From positions 18,288 through 82,287 of the forward strand of contig JAHEFD010000001.1 of assembly GCA_024640345.1 (NCBI GenBank): 64,000 nt of DNA, given 5' to 3'. Below are positions 37,971-46,629 of this stretch, piece after piece. This DNA comes from Woeseiaceae bacterium. Its GTDB lineage: Bacteria > Pseudomonadota > Gammaproteobacteria > Steroidobacterales > Woeseiaceae. The notes under the pieces are model-generated. The model was given only the letters and a program-made list of their open reading frames with translations, was not told where the DNA came from and ran no database searches. The number at the start of each line of letters is the position of its first letter. The first letter of the stretch is position 1. A program made the translations under genes and the position numbers.

Positions 37971-38201
37971 TTAATTCGACTTCGGTTCCAGGATTTCTCT
38001 GAGATCGTCCATAGTCCCGCAGATGCAGCTTAGCTTCCTTCCCATGTATTCGGTACAGGTGGGCGCCGTGTTTGGCGGGCAAACTGATCGCTGAGCTGTG
38101 GGATCCGCGTACGCACCGCCTGGTGATGTGCAACCGCCCAGAAAGAGCGCCGCAAAAATCACGGACAATCCTTCTTGCTGAATCTTGCCGGGCATGATCA
38201 A
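37971..38201 (-). CDS. Mini Cys-rich lipoprotein A
   Basis: Lipobox FLGGCTS. Mature part of about 50 aa with C-x7-C-x9-C-x-C (VCPPNTAPTC...SCIC). Confidence 0.5.
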   Translation of the reverse strand: MIMPGKIQQEGLSVIFAALFLGGCTSPGGAYADPTAQRSVCPPNTAPTCTEYMGRKLSCICGTMDDLREILEPKSN

Positions 38202-38250
38202 ACCGCGCCTGTTTTGGGTGAAACAATCGCAAAGCCTTTGATTCGCACGC

Positions 38251-38490
38251 TCAGTTTCTGTGCCACTCCCGTCCCAACCAGAGAAATGCTCTCACATCTT
38301 CCCTGGAGCTACAGGAGCACCGTGACTTTTGACCTGGAGATTCCTCGCAGGTCAGCTTCAGGTGTGCCGGACAAACCGCCCCGGATGCCATTGCATCCTC
38401 GTTGACCTCGCCTGACGACGCACAACCGACCATCAGCAGAATCGCCGCGAGAGATGTGGCTAACCTCATTTGCTGCGGGAATTTGGACAT
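38251..38490 (-). CDS. Mini Cys-rich lipoprotein B (tandem paralog)
   Basis: Lipobox LMVGCAS. Same C-x7-C-x9-C-x-C spacing (VCPAHLKLTC...RCSC) and the shared D(L/V)R motif. Confidence 0.5.
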   Translation of the reverse strand: MSKFPQQMRLATSLAAILLMVGCASSGEVNEDAMASGAVCPAHLKLTCEESPGQKSRCSCSSREDVRAFLWLGREWHRN

Positions 38491-38523
38491 AGCTGCTTAG
38501 AGTCAGCCCGGCCTGAAAAATTC

Positions 38524-38554
38524 AAAAAAAACGCCTCACGACGATCGCAAGGCG
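38524..38554 (-). terminator. Rho-independent terminator after 38583..39167
   Basis: On the minus strand: CGCCUUGCG-AUCGU-CGUGAGGCG (9 bp including 2 G-U) followed by U8. On the plus strand the wobbles become mismatches, so it is oriented for the minus strand. Confidence 0.55.
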
Positions 38555-38582
38555 CCTTTTGGAGCGGGGTAAAAAAACGCGG

Positions 38583-39167
38583 CTATCTGAGGATTTCGAC
38601 CTTTTTCACCGTCATATGCCTGCCGCCGTCGCTGCCGTCTATGAAGATCACCTCTTCGTCATTTCCGGCGGAAATAAGAACCGAGCGAATACTCTCCTTG
38701 ACCGAATCATCCAGCGGCTTGCCCGAGATGATGGTTACGCCATCGGCATGGTGGGGCGCGCCCATTATCCGGACGTCAATATCCACAGGGTCTCCGGGTG
38801 CCAGGGGTTCGCCAGGCTCCATGGGATCACCGGGCGCACCGTGGAATGCCATATGAGGACCGTGTGGGCCCATGACGGGCATCGTGATCGTTTTGCCGTC
38901 GACATTGAAGCTGAACCCGTCTTCCTCGCGAGTGACAGTGACGGTCTTTCCGGACTCATTGTCGAGCGTTCGTGACTCGCCGACCGCCAGGTCTTCCATA
39001 TCGAAGCCAGTGTCGTCGCTGACCCAGTGCACCGAGGTGGCATCATCTCCACCATCGCCCGAGGTCATGATCCTGATTTCCACTTTTTTCTCGACAGCTA
39101 CGTCTTGTGCGGCGGCGGCGCCGAAGGTCATTAGTGCGGCCAGGGCCACCAGTTTAAGATTGTTCAT
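38583..39167 (-). CDS. Secreted hypothetical protein with Met/His/Pro-rich centre
   Basis: ATG at 39167. Signal MNNLKLVALAALMTFGAAAA. Central MPVMGPHGPHMAFHGAPGDPMEPGEPLAPGDP...GAPHHADG. Confidence 0.55.
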   Translation of the reverse strand: MNNLKLVALAALMTFGAAAAQDVAVEKKVEIRIMTSGDGGDDATSVHWVSDDTGFDMEDLAVGESRTLDNESGKTVTVTREEDGFSFNVDGKTITMPVMGPHGPHMAFHGAPGDPMEPGEPLAPGDPVDIDVRIMGAPHHADGVTIISGKPLDDSVKESIRSVLISAGNDEEVIFIDGSDGGRHMTVKKVEILR

Positions 39168-39246
39168 GAAAGCGCTTCCCCAAAATCGTGCCAATTGTTC
39201 CTGTAATGATGCGGCACAGCCTGAATTCGTCGCGACGAAATCTGCC

Positions 39247-40812
39247 TTATGGATTGCACGACGGGTGTTGGCGATCAATCACTTCGCCGGATAACGTACC
39301 GGTCAGTTTTCCGTCAGAAATCGCCGGCATACCGTTAACGATGAGGTAGGAAACGCCTGTTGCGAGCCTTGTCGGATTTTCGAAATCGGCGACCGGCTGG
39401 TACGTATCCAGGTCGATAATGGCAATGTCAGCCTTGCGACCCTCGGCCAGGTAGCCGCGGTCGCAAAGGTAAAAAGAATCTGCAACCAGGCCCGAGCTGC
39501 GATGGACGAATTTTTCCATCGACATGAGTGTGCTCTCGGCAACGAAGTCCCGATAGGCTTTCGGATAAGAGGCATACTTTCGCGGATGCCCCGTTGAGCC
39601 GTCCGAGCCGGTCATTACCCAGTCCTGGATCGCAATGGCATTAATGTCGGGCGGATCCATGTTGAACGAGGCAATAGAGGGGTCGCCTGCCCGAACGACC
39701 TCGACTGCTGCATCGACCGGCTCCATGTCCAGGTGTTCGGCAATTTCTCCGAGCGTCATGCCGCGCCACTCGCTTTCCCCCGTGACCAGCAAGGAGTCTT
39801 TTCCGCCCCGGCGAAAAAGATTGTCTTCCATTTCCTTCTGAATCTGGTCTTTGAGGTCAGGATTGTCCAGGCGCCCGAACATCGCTTCCTCGGAATCGGC
39901 CCTGACCCATCCGGGTATAAGCGCGCTGGCGAACCGCGTGCCCGAGGCCTGCCAGGGATACTGGTCTGCCGTGACCTCGACGCCCCTTTCCCGCGCCATT
40001 TCGACTAACGCGATGATGTCACCGCTTTGTCCCCAGACGTCGCGGCCAAGGGCTTTCAGATGCGCGGCGTGCACGGGAATTTCCGCTTCTTCGCCGATCT
40101 GTATGAGTTCCTTGATGGAGCCCAGTACCCCAATGTTGTAGGAGCTTTCGTCGCGCAGGTGAGAGTCATAGACGCCGCCGAACCGGGCGGCGACTTTCGC
40201 CAGCGCAACGACCTCTGCGGTGCTGGCAAAACTGCCCGGTGTATAAAAAAGTCCTGTCGACAAACCGAGCGCCCCGGCCCGCATTTCGTCCTCGACAAGT
40301 GCCTGCATCTGGCGCATTTCCTCATCGGACGGAGCCCGATTTTCCTCTCCCATCACTGATCTACGAACCTGGTTGTGGCCCGCGAAAAAACCGGCATTGG
40401 TTCCGATTCCCTGCTCGTACATTTTCCGGACATTGGCCGGGCGATCAGGAATTCCATCCCCGTCATTGCCGATAAATACGGTGGTAACACCCTGCGCCAG
40501 GTAGTTGGCATTCTCGTTATGGTCGGGGTCCAGCAGATCCTCGCGAGCGTGTGTATGCGGGTCGATAAACCCGGGCACGACGACGAGACCACGGGCCTGG
40601 ATAACCAGGTCGGCTTGCGCGTCCTCGGCAGCATTCATCGATACGATGCGGTCCCCCGTAACGCCGATATTGACCTGGCGCGCGGGAGATCCGGAGCCGT
40701 CGTACACCGTGCCGTTGACGATCAGAATATCAAATCGAGTTTCCTCATCAGCGGCTCCGCAGGCGGCGAGAAAGGAAGCCGCCAAAAACATGGGTACCAT
40801 TGTCCGGATCAT
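39247..40812 (-). CDS. N-acyl-D-amino-acid deacylase family amidohydrolase, lipoprotein-like
   Basis: FLAACGA. NGTVYDGSG...VVPGFIDPHTHA. Paralog of 35232..36833. Confidence 0.75.
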   Translation of the reverse strand: MIRTMVPMFLAASFLAACGAADEETRFDILIVNGTVYDGSGSPARQVNIGVTGDRIVSMNAAEDAQADLVIQARGLVVVPGFIDPHTHAREDLLDPDHNENANYLAQGVTTVFIGNDGDGIPDRPANVRKMYEQGIGTNAGFFAGHNQVRRSVMGEENRAPSDEEMRQMQALVEDEMRAGALGLSTGLFYTPGSFASTAEVVALAKVAARFGGVYDSHLRDESSYNIGVLGSIKELIQIGEEAEIPVHAAHLKALGRDVWGQSGDIIALVEMARERGVEVTADQYPWQASGTRFASALIPGWVRADSEEAMFGRLDNPDLKDQIQKEMEDNLFRRGGKDSLLVTGESEWRGMTLGEIAEHLDMEPVDAAVEVVRAGDPSIASFNMDPPDINAIAIQDWVMTGSDGSTGHPRKYASYPKAYRDFVAESTLMSMEKFVHRSSGLVADSFYLCDRGYLAEGRKADIAIIDLDTYQPVADFENPTRLATGVSYLIVNGMPAISDGKLTGTLSGEVIDRQHPSCNP

Positions 40813-40822
40813 GAATCTCTCC

Positions 40823-42205
40823 TCATATAGCCGCCAGGGCTCGTCGCGCGTCGGCGAGGCGCACAGTAAATCGCCAGTACATCAGGATATTGGAAAAAAG
40901 GACGCCTGCAATCAATCCCCACCATAACCCATCGGCACCGTAGCCTGCCGGAAAACACAGCCAGACGCCCGATCCCAGCCCTACGAACCAGTACCCGGCC
41001 ATCGAGATCCAGAGAGGTGAAGTCGTATCGCGCAGCCCGCGAATTGCATTGGCGACGACGATCAGGACGCCATCGAGCAGAATGAACAGGCCGGCATAGG
41101 TCGAGAGCCCGATTGAAATGCGCAGGACGAGTTCATTGTCGGGATTTTCTGTGTCCAGGAATATCCCCACCAGGCTGTCGGGAAATATCCATAGCACGAG
41201 TGCTGCGAAAGAAGTGGTTAGCCCGGCAAGCAGGAAAGAGATATTTGCCGACTGCCTGGACGCGTCGACAGCCCTTTGTCCGATGCCATAGGCAACGCGG
41301 ACCCTGACTGATTCACCGAGCGCCGCAGCCGCGCTTAGCGCCAGGTAGATCACGCTGTAAGCAATCTGCTGAGCGGCGAGCGTCGCGGCGCCGATTATTC
41401 CGACGACAACTGCTGCCACAGTAAACATTGCGCCGTTCAGGAACTGGGTAATCGAAATCGGTATTCCGAGTTTGAATATTTCCCGAAGCAGCTCGCTATC
41501 GAGTTTGCGTGGAATAATTCTTGGGCGATGAATGGCAAACTGTTTCGAATGGAAGACGTGAATGATGAGCGCGCCGGTCATTCCCCAGTTGACCAGCGTT
41601 GTGCCGATACCGGCCCCGACAACACCCATTGCCGGAAACCCGAATTTTCCGTAAACGAAGGTGTAGTTAAGAACGATATTGAGACCCAGCGCTGCAACCG
41701 TTATCCAGCCGATAGCTGCCGACTTGGACAGCGCTGTAACGTAATTGCGTAAGGTCACGAACCATAGTGCCGGCAACACGGCTCCGGTCAGCATTCGTGA
41801 GTAGCCCGTAATCAGTTGAACGATTTCCGGGTCCTGTTTTGCCAGGCCAAGCGCCGGGCCAAGATACCAGACGCCAAGCATGACCGGGATGCTGGTAATG
41901 GTGGCGGCGATGATCCCCTGTTCGCCGGCATCGATGACGCCTTGTCGATTACCTGCTCCGAGATTTTGCGCCGCGATAACACCAACGATAGAAATGACGC
42001 CCATGCCGATGAGCAGCAACACCCAGAACCAGTCGCCCGCCAGGCCAACGGCGGCGAGCTCATTGCTTCCCAGGCGACCGACGATGATCATGTCGGTAAT
42101 AACCATGCCCATTTCCGCGACAAAAGCGGCGGTCAATGGCAGGCTTATCCCGACAATCGTCCGGGTTTCCTGTCGCCAGCTTGGCTTGGATTTGTTTTCC
42201 CGCAA
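40823..42205 (-). CDS. MATE-family efflux transporter
   Basis: 12-TM profile. N-terminal ...LPLTAAFVAEMGMVITDMIIVGRLGSNELAAVGLA typical of MatE repeats. Confidence 0.85.
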   Translation of the reverse strand: MRENKSKPSWRQETRTIVGISLPLTAAFVAEMGMVITDMIIVGRLGSNELAAVGLAGDWFWVLLLIGMGVISIVGVIAAQNLGAGNRQGVIDAGEQGIIAATITSIPVMLGVWYLGPALGLAKQDPEIVQLITGYSRMLTGAVLPALWFVTLRNYVTALSKSAAIGWITVAALGLNIVLNYTFVYGKFGFPAMGVVGAGIGTTLVNWGMTGALIIHVFHSKQFAIHRPRIIPRKLDSELLREIFKLGIPISITQFLNGAMFTVAAVVVGIIGAATLAAQQIAYSVIYLALSAAAALGESVRVRVAYGIGQRAVDASRQSANISFLLAGLTTSFAALVLWIFPDSLVGIFLDTENPDNELVLRISIGLSTYAGLFILLDGVLIVVANAIRGLRDTTSPLWISMAGYWFVGLGSGVWLCFPAGYGADGLWWGLIAGVLFSNILMYWRFTVRLADARRALAAI

Positions 42206-42389
42206 AGAATGCGACCCCTTAATTTGTCACGCCCGGTCGCGAAGAATCCGTATTGTCGCGTTTCCCGAATGGTCATCCATCCTGATGTGCTGAACATCGC
42301 GACGAAATCCTGCATCAGGACCCCTGTTGCCAGGTGGCGGCAGTTTTTAAGCCCGTTGTGACCCGCCCCGGCAACAGCCGGATCGCAAT

Positions 42390-44111
42390 TTACAGTGCGG
42401 ACATCTCGCCGTAGACCGGTTCGCCGCCAAATAAAGTCAGGAGAACCTTCGTTTCTGAAATATCTTCCGGTTCCATCTCGAAGAGATTCTTGTCAATCAC
42501 GATAAGGTCCGCCAGCTTGCCGGTTTCGATCGATCCCGTTTCATCTTCGTGTTTGTTGACAAAAGCCGCGTTTATCGTAAAGGCGACGATTGCCGTTTCG
42601 AGGTCAATTCGCTCCTCGGGAATGAATACCGGGTAAGAATCGTCAATGGCACTTTTGCGCGTAATTGCCGTTTCCATCTGTGGGAACGGATTCGCGGTTG
42701 ATACCGACCAGTCGCTGCCAAAGGCAATGGTTGCACCTGTGTCCTGCACCGTCTTGATAGGGTACATCCAGCGAGCACGTTCCTCGCCGATGAAAGGGAT
42801 GGTCAGTTCCGTGACGTATTCGTCTGCATAGGCCCAGAGTGGCTGAAAATTGGCAACGACACCGAGTTCCGCAAAGCGAGGAATATCGGCGGGGTCCCAC
42901 ATCTGGATATGGGATATGTGGTGGCGGTTTCCGAGTTGGCCATTCTGGATCAGGGCTTCCTCAATTGCATCGAGTGCGTACCTGATCGCCGCATCGCCGA
43001 TGGAATGAAAGTGCACCTGGAAACCCGCCTTGTCGAGAATCGGAACCACCTGTTTCAGCACTTCCGGGGCAACCATCGGTATGCCGCGCGAACCGCTCGG
43101 TATCAGGTAGGGCTCGAGCATCGCGGCCGTGTAGTTCTCCATCACGCCGTCTTCCATGATCTTGACTGTGGTTGGCCGCAGGAGTCCGCCCTTGTTGAAT
43201 TCCTCTCTCAGCAAGAGAATGTCTTCGATTTGTTCCGGCCCGCGCTCCCGATCCCACCAGATCGATCCGACAACGCGTAAAGTGAGCTGCCCGGAGCGCT
43301 CCAGAGCGGCATAGGTTTCGAGCGCATCGCGATCAACAATCGCGTCCTGGATGGACGTGATGCCATAGCTGTGCAGCAAATTCTGAGCATAGATAAGGCC
43401 TTGCTGGCGAGTTTCCGCCGTGTCGCCTGGAACGAACTTGCTGACGAGACGGGCAGCTCCTTCCTGCAGGCTGCCTATGGGTTCACCGGTCTCCGGGTCA
43501 CGATCAATTCGCCCGTCGACCGGGTCCGGCGTGTCCTTGTTGATTCCGGCTATTTCAAGGGCGCGACTGTTTGCCCAGGCCGTGTGACCGTCCTGCGAGG
43601 TGAGGAATACCGGTCGATCCGGCACCAGTTCGTCAATTATCGTGCGGCTCGGCGCGCCCCCGGGTCCAAAGACGGACATGGACCACCCGCCGCCGGTGAT
43701 CCACTCGAGGTCAGGATTTGCCGCCGCATATTCACCGATGGTGGAACGATAGGCTGCGAGGTTATTGAGCCCGTTCAAATCGCAGGCTGATGCCTCGATG
43801 CCTGCGCCAATCGGGTGAATGTGACTGTCCTGGAATGCGGGCAGCATCATTCGGCCTTTCAGGTCGACGACGGTGGTGTTTGTGCCGACATAGCCGGCGG
43901 CACCGGTGCCGGAGCCAACAAATACGATCCGGCCGTCGGTCACTGCGACTGCTTCCGCCCAGGACCTGTCCGGATCAACTGTATAAACGCGACCGTTGGT
44001 GAATACCAGGTCGGCACCCGTCGTTTCCGCAGGGGTGTCGGTCTGGCCACAGGCACTGATTCCTACCGCTATCAGGGCCGCGAGAATCGGGGCGTTCAGT
44101 TGCTTGATCAT
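42390..44111 (-). CDS. Amidohydrolase-3-type metallohydrolase, lipoprotein-like
   Basis: GISACGQ. TNGRVYTVD...LPAFQDSHIHP. Paralog of 12659..14434. Confidence 0.75.
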   Translation of the reverse strand: MIKQLNAPILAALIAVGISACGQTDTPAETTGADLVFTNGRVYTVDPDRSWAEAVAVTDGRIVFVGSGTGAAGYVGTNTTVVDLKGRMMLPAFQDSHIHPIGAGIEASACDLNGLNNLAAYRSTIGEYAAANPDLEWITGGGWSMSVFGPGGAPSRTIIDELVPDRPVFLTSQDGHTAWANSRALEIAGINKDTPDPVDGRIDRDPETGEPIGSLQEGAARLVSKFVPGDTAETRQQGLIYAQNLLHSYGITSIQDAIVDRDALETYAALERSGQLTLRVVGSIWWDRERGPEQIEDILLLREEFNKGGLLRPTTVKIMEDGVMENYTAAMLEPYLIPSGSRGIPMVAPEVLKQVVPILDKAGFQVHFHSIGDAAIRYALDAIEEALIQNGQLGNRHHISHIQMWDPADIPRFAELGVVANFQPLWAYADEYVTELTIPFIGEERARWMYPIKTVQDTGATIAFGSDWSVSTANPFPQMETAITRKSAIDDSYPVFIPEERIDLETAIVAFTINAAFVNKHEDETGSIETGKLADLIVIDKNLFEMEPEDISETKVLLTLFGGEPVYGEMSAL

Positions 44112-44245
44112 ATTGTGAAATTCCGCTTACGGTTTTTGAAGTGACATTCGATTATGACCCGCCGCACCCTGCGGCAAAAGCGTTATTACCACATCCTGAG
44201 ATTGGCTCATCGAAACCGGCGACTGTGTTTTTCAAGGAACCCGGA

Positions 44246-45565
44246 ATGATTCATACTCCTGCCACAAGCCAGCCAGACAAAGAAATCATGCATTTCGCAG
44301 AAGAACACACCAGCTCATATTACGCAGCCACCGCAAACCGGCATTCCAGTTTTCCCCGGCTAAAGGGAGATATTCGCACGGACGTTTGTGTCATTGGCGC
44401 AGGGTTTACCGGGATTGCGACGGCGCTGACGCTTGCCGAGCGCAGTTTTAACGTCTGCGTGCTCGAGGCGAACCGTGTCGGCTGGGGGGCGTCCGGTCGT
44501 AACGGCGGGCAAATGATTGGCGGCATCAGCGGCGAACAAAAACTTCTCGATGCCAATCCGGCACAGGCCGATCTCATCTGGGATATGCATTGGCACGGGC
44601 ACGACATTATTCGCAGCCGGGTTGAGCGCTATGAGATCGATTGTGATCTCAAGCATGGTTATGTCGATGTTGCGATCAAGCCGCGCCACGTGAGGGATCT
44701 GGAAGCCGCAGAGCGGCTGCTGACGAGTCGAAATTTCCCGTTCGAGCACAAGCTGCTTGGCAGGGATGAAACGCGGGATATTCTTGGTACGGATGCGTAC
44801 ATTGGCGCGTTGCAGAATATGGGTAATGGCCACCTGCACCCATTGAACCTGTGTGTCGGCGAAGCCCAGGCGGCGGCCGAGCAGGGTGTGCAGATTTTCG
44901 AACAGTCGGCAGCATTGCGAGTTGATCACGGTGAAGCGGTTCGGATCTCAACCGCGGAAGGATCGGTCACGGCGGATTTCGTCGTCATGGCCGGCAATGC
45001 GTATCAGGTGCTGAACAAGTCAATTCGCGGCCGCTTCTTCCCGGTGAGAAGCTACATCATTGCGACAGAGCCGCTGTCAGAAGAGCAACTCGATACGGTC
45101 AATCCGCACGATTTCGCGATTTGCGACCCGAACTTCGTTCTGCAGTATTTTAGATTGAGTGCTGACAAGAGATTGTTGTTCGGTGGCCGCTGCAATTATT
45201 TCGGCGATGATCAGGAAGTAATCAAATCGAACCTGAGGCCGAGGATGCAAAAGATTTATCCACAACTGCAGGATGTCGGCATCGACTATGCCTGGGGTGG
45301 CACAATAGCAGTGCCAATGAACAGGGTGCCGCAGCTAGGGCGGATTGCTCCCAATGTTTTCTTTTCGAATGCCTATTCCGGGCATGGCGTTAATGTAACG
45401 CACGTCGCGGGTGAGATTATGGCGGATATCATCGGCGGTACCGCCGAGCGCTTCGACCTGTTTTCCAAATTACGTTCAACGAGAATTCCCGGCGTAAACC
45501 GGTTTGGCAATGCGATGGTCTCGCTTGGAATTGTTTACTACGGACTGAAGGACAAACTGTTGTGA
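44246..45565 (+). CDS. FAD-dependent oxidoreductase, gamma-glutamylputrescine oxidase (PuuB)-like
   Basis: EHTSSYYAATAN...DVCVIGAGFTGIATAL...GWGASGRNGGQ is closely collinear with my recollection of E. coli PuuB. Start is uncertain (ATG 44246 after AGGAA, or ATG 44288). Confidence 0.8.
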   Translation: MIHTPATSQPDKEIMHFAEEHTSSYYAATANRHSSFPRLKGDIRTDVCVIGAGFTGIATALTLAERSFNVCVLEANRVGWGASGRNGGQMIGGISGEQKLLDANPAQADLIWDMHWHGHDIIRSRVERYEIDCDLKHGYVDVAIKPRHVRDLEAAERLLTSRNFPFEHKLLGRDETRDILGTDAYIGALQNMGNGHLHPLNLCVGEAQAAAEQGVQIFEQSAALRVDHGEAVRISTAEGSVTADFVVMAGNAYQVLNKSIRGRFFPVRSYIIATEPLSEEQLDTVNPHDFAICDPNFVLQYFRLSADKRLLFGGRCNYFGDDQEVIKSNLRPRMQKIYPQLQDVGIDYAWGGTIAVPMNRVPQLGRIAPNVFFSNAYSGHGVNVTHVAGEIMADIIGGTAERFDLFSKLRSTRIPGVNRFGNAMVSLGIVYYGLKDKLL

Positions 45566-46494
45566 GTATCAAGTTGCCAACACTGATTGCGACGTCGGTT
45601 GTAAGGGGCAGCCAGCAGGGTGAGAGCCACGGTGGTGTCTACACGGTCGATTTCGAAAATCAGGATGGCCAGCAGCGCGTTGACTGGAATACCGGCGACA
45701 TCGACTGGGAGGGGCGAGGCGCTGACCGCGGTTTGCGGGGAATCGCCTTCGATGGTGACGAGATTTACATTGCGGCCAGCGATGAATTGTTCGTTTACGA
45801 TCGTGGTTTCAACAAGCTTCGGTCGTATAAAAGTCGTTATTTGAAGCACTGCCATGAAATATGCAGGGTGGATCGACGCCTGTTCCTGACCTCTACAGGC
45901 TTCGACAGCCTGCTGTCATTCAACCTTGATACCAGGCAGTTTGATTGGGGGTTCCATCTGCAGAAGGAATACGACAAGTGGGCTGGATACAGTTTTGAGC
46001 CGGGCTCTGAATATGGCCCAAGACCGGTTAATGACTTTCATATCAATATGGTTCACGTCGATACGGCGGGGATCTTCTTCTGCGGGTTGAAGCTCGATGC
46101 GCTTTTGCACCTGAACGACAGGATGGAAGTGACCCCGGTTTGTAACCTGCCGACGGGTACACACAATGCAAGGCCGTGGAACAACGGGGTGATTTTTAAC
46201 GATACGGCAAAAGACTGTGTTCGTTATGTGGGCAGGGATGGTACTGAAAAGGCATTCAAAATCGTTTCGTATGACGAATCGCTGATTGAGTTTGCCGGGA
46301 TCGACGATTCAAAGATTGCGCGCCAGGCATTTGCCCGTGGGCTTTGCCCGGTCGGCGACCGTTTCGTAGCCGTTGGTTCCTCTCCTTCAACCATCACGCT
46401 CTATGATGTGCAAACGAACCAGAGAGTGGGTTCCGTCAATCTGTCGATGGATATTCGGAATGCGATTCATGGGCTGGAGATCTGGCCGTATTAG
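45562..46494 (+). CDS. Hypothetical protein (possibly beta-propeller-like), translationally coupled to the oxidase
   Basis: GTG start in a GTGA overlap with the upstream stop. 310 aa with coding-like composition and no motif I can name. Confidence 0.5.
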   Translation: MSIKLPTLIATSVVRGSQQGESHGGVYTVDFENQDGQQRVDWNTGDIDWEGRGADRGLRGIAFDGDEIYIAASDELFVYDRGFNKLRSYKSRYLKHCHEICRVDRRLFLTSTGFDSLLSFNLDTRQFDWGFHLQKEYDKWAGYSFEPGSEYGPRPVNDFHINMVHVDTAGIFFCGLKLDALLHLNDRMEVTPVCNLPTGTHNARPWNNGVIFNDTAKDCVRYVGRDGTEKAFKIVSYDESLIEFAGIDDSKIARQAFARGLCPVGDRFVAVGSSPSTITLYDVQTNQRVGSVNLSMDIRNAIHGLEIWPY

Positions 46495-46498
46495 AAAA

Positions 46499-46574
46499 GG
46501 GGCCATATCCAGCTTCCACGAAAGTAAGCGTTATCTTTCGTGAGGCTAAGGAAACCGGATCGGACCCCTTTTTT
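46499..46574 (+). terminator. Long structured terminator after 45562..46494
   Basis: Outer stem GGGGCC...GGACCCC followed by T6. Inner perfect 8-bp stem CACGAAAG-N10-CTTTCGTG. Confidence 0.45.
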
Positions 46575-46580
46575 CAGACC

Positions 46581-46611
46581 AAAAAAAACCGGGCGTAAGC
46601 CCGGTTTTTTT
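46581..46611. terminator. Bidirectional rho-independent terminator (serves TBDR 46630..49269)
   Basis: AAAAAAAACCGGGC-GTAA-GCCCGGTTTTTTT. Confidence 0.7.
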
Positions 46612-46629
46612 GTGAGTTGCAATTAAGGC

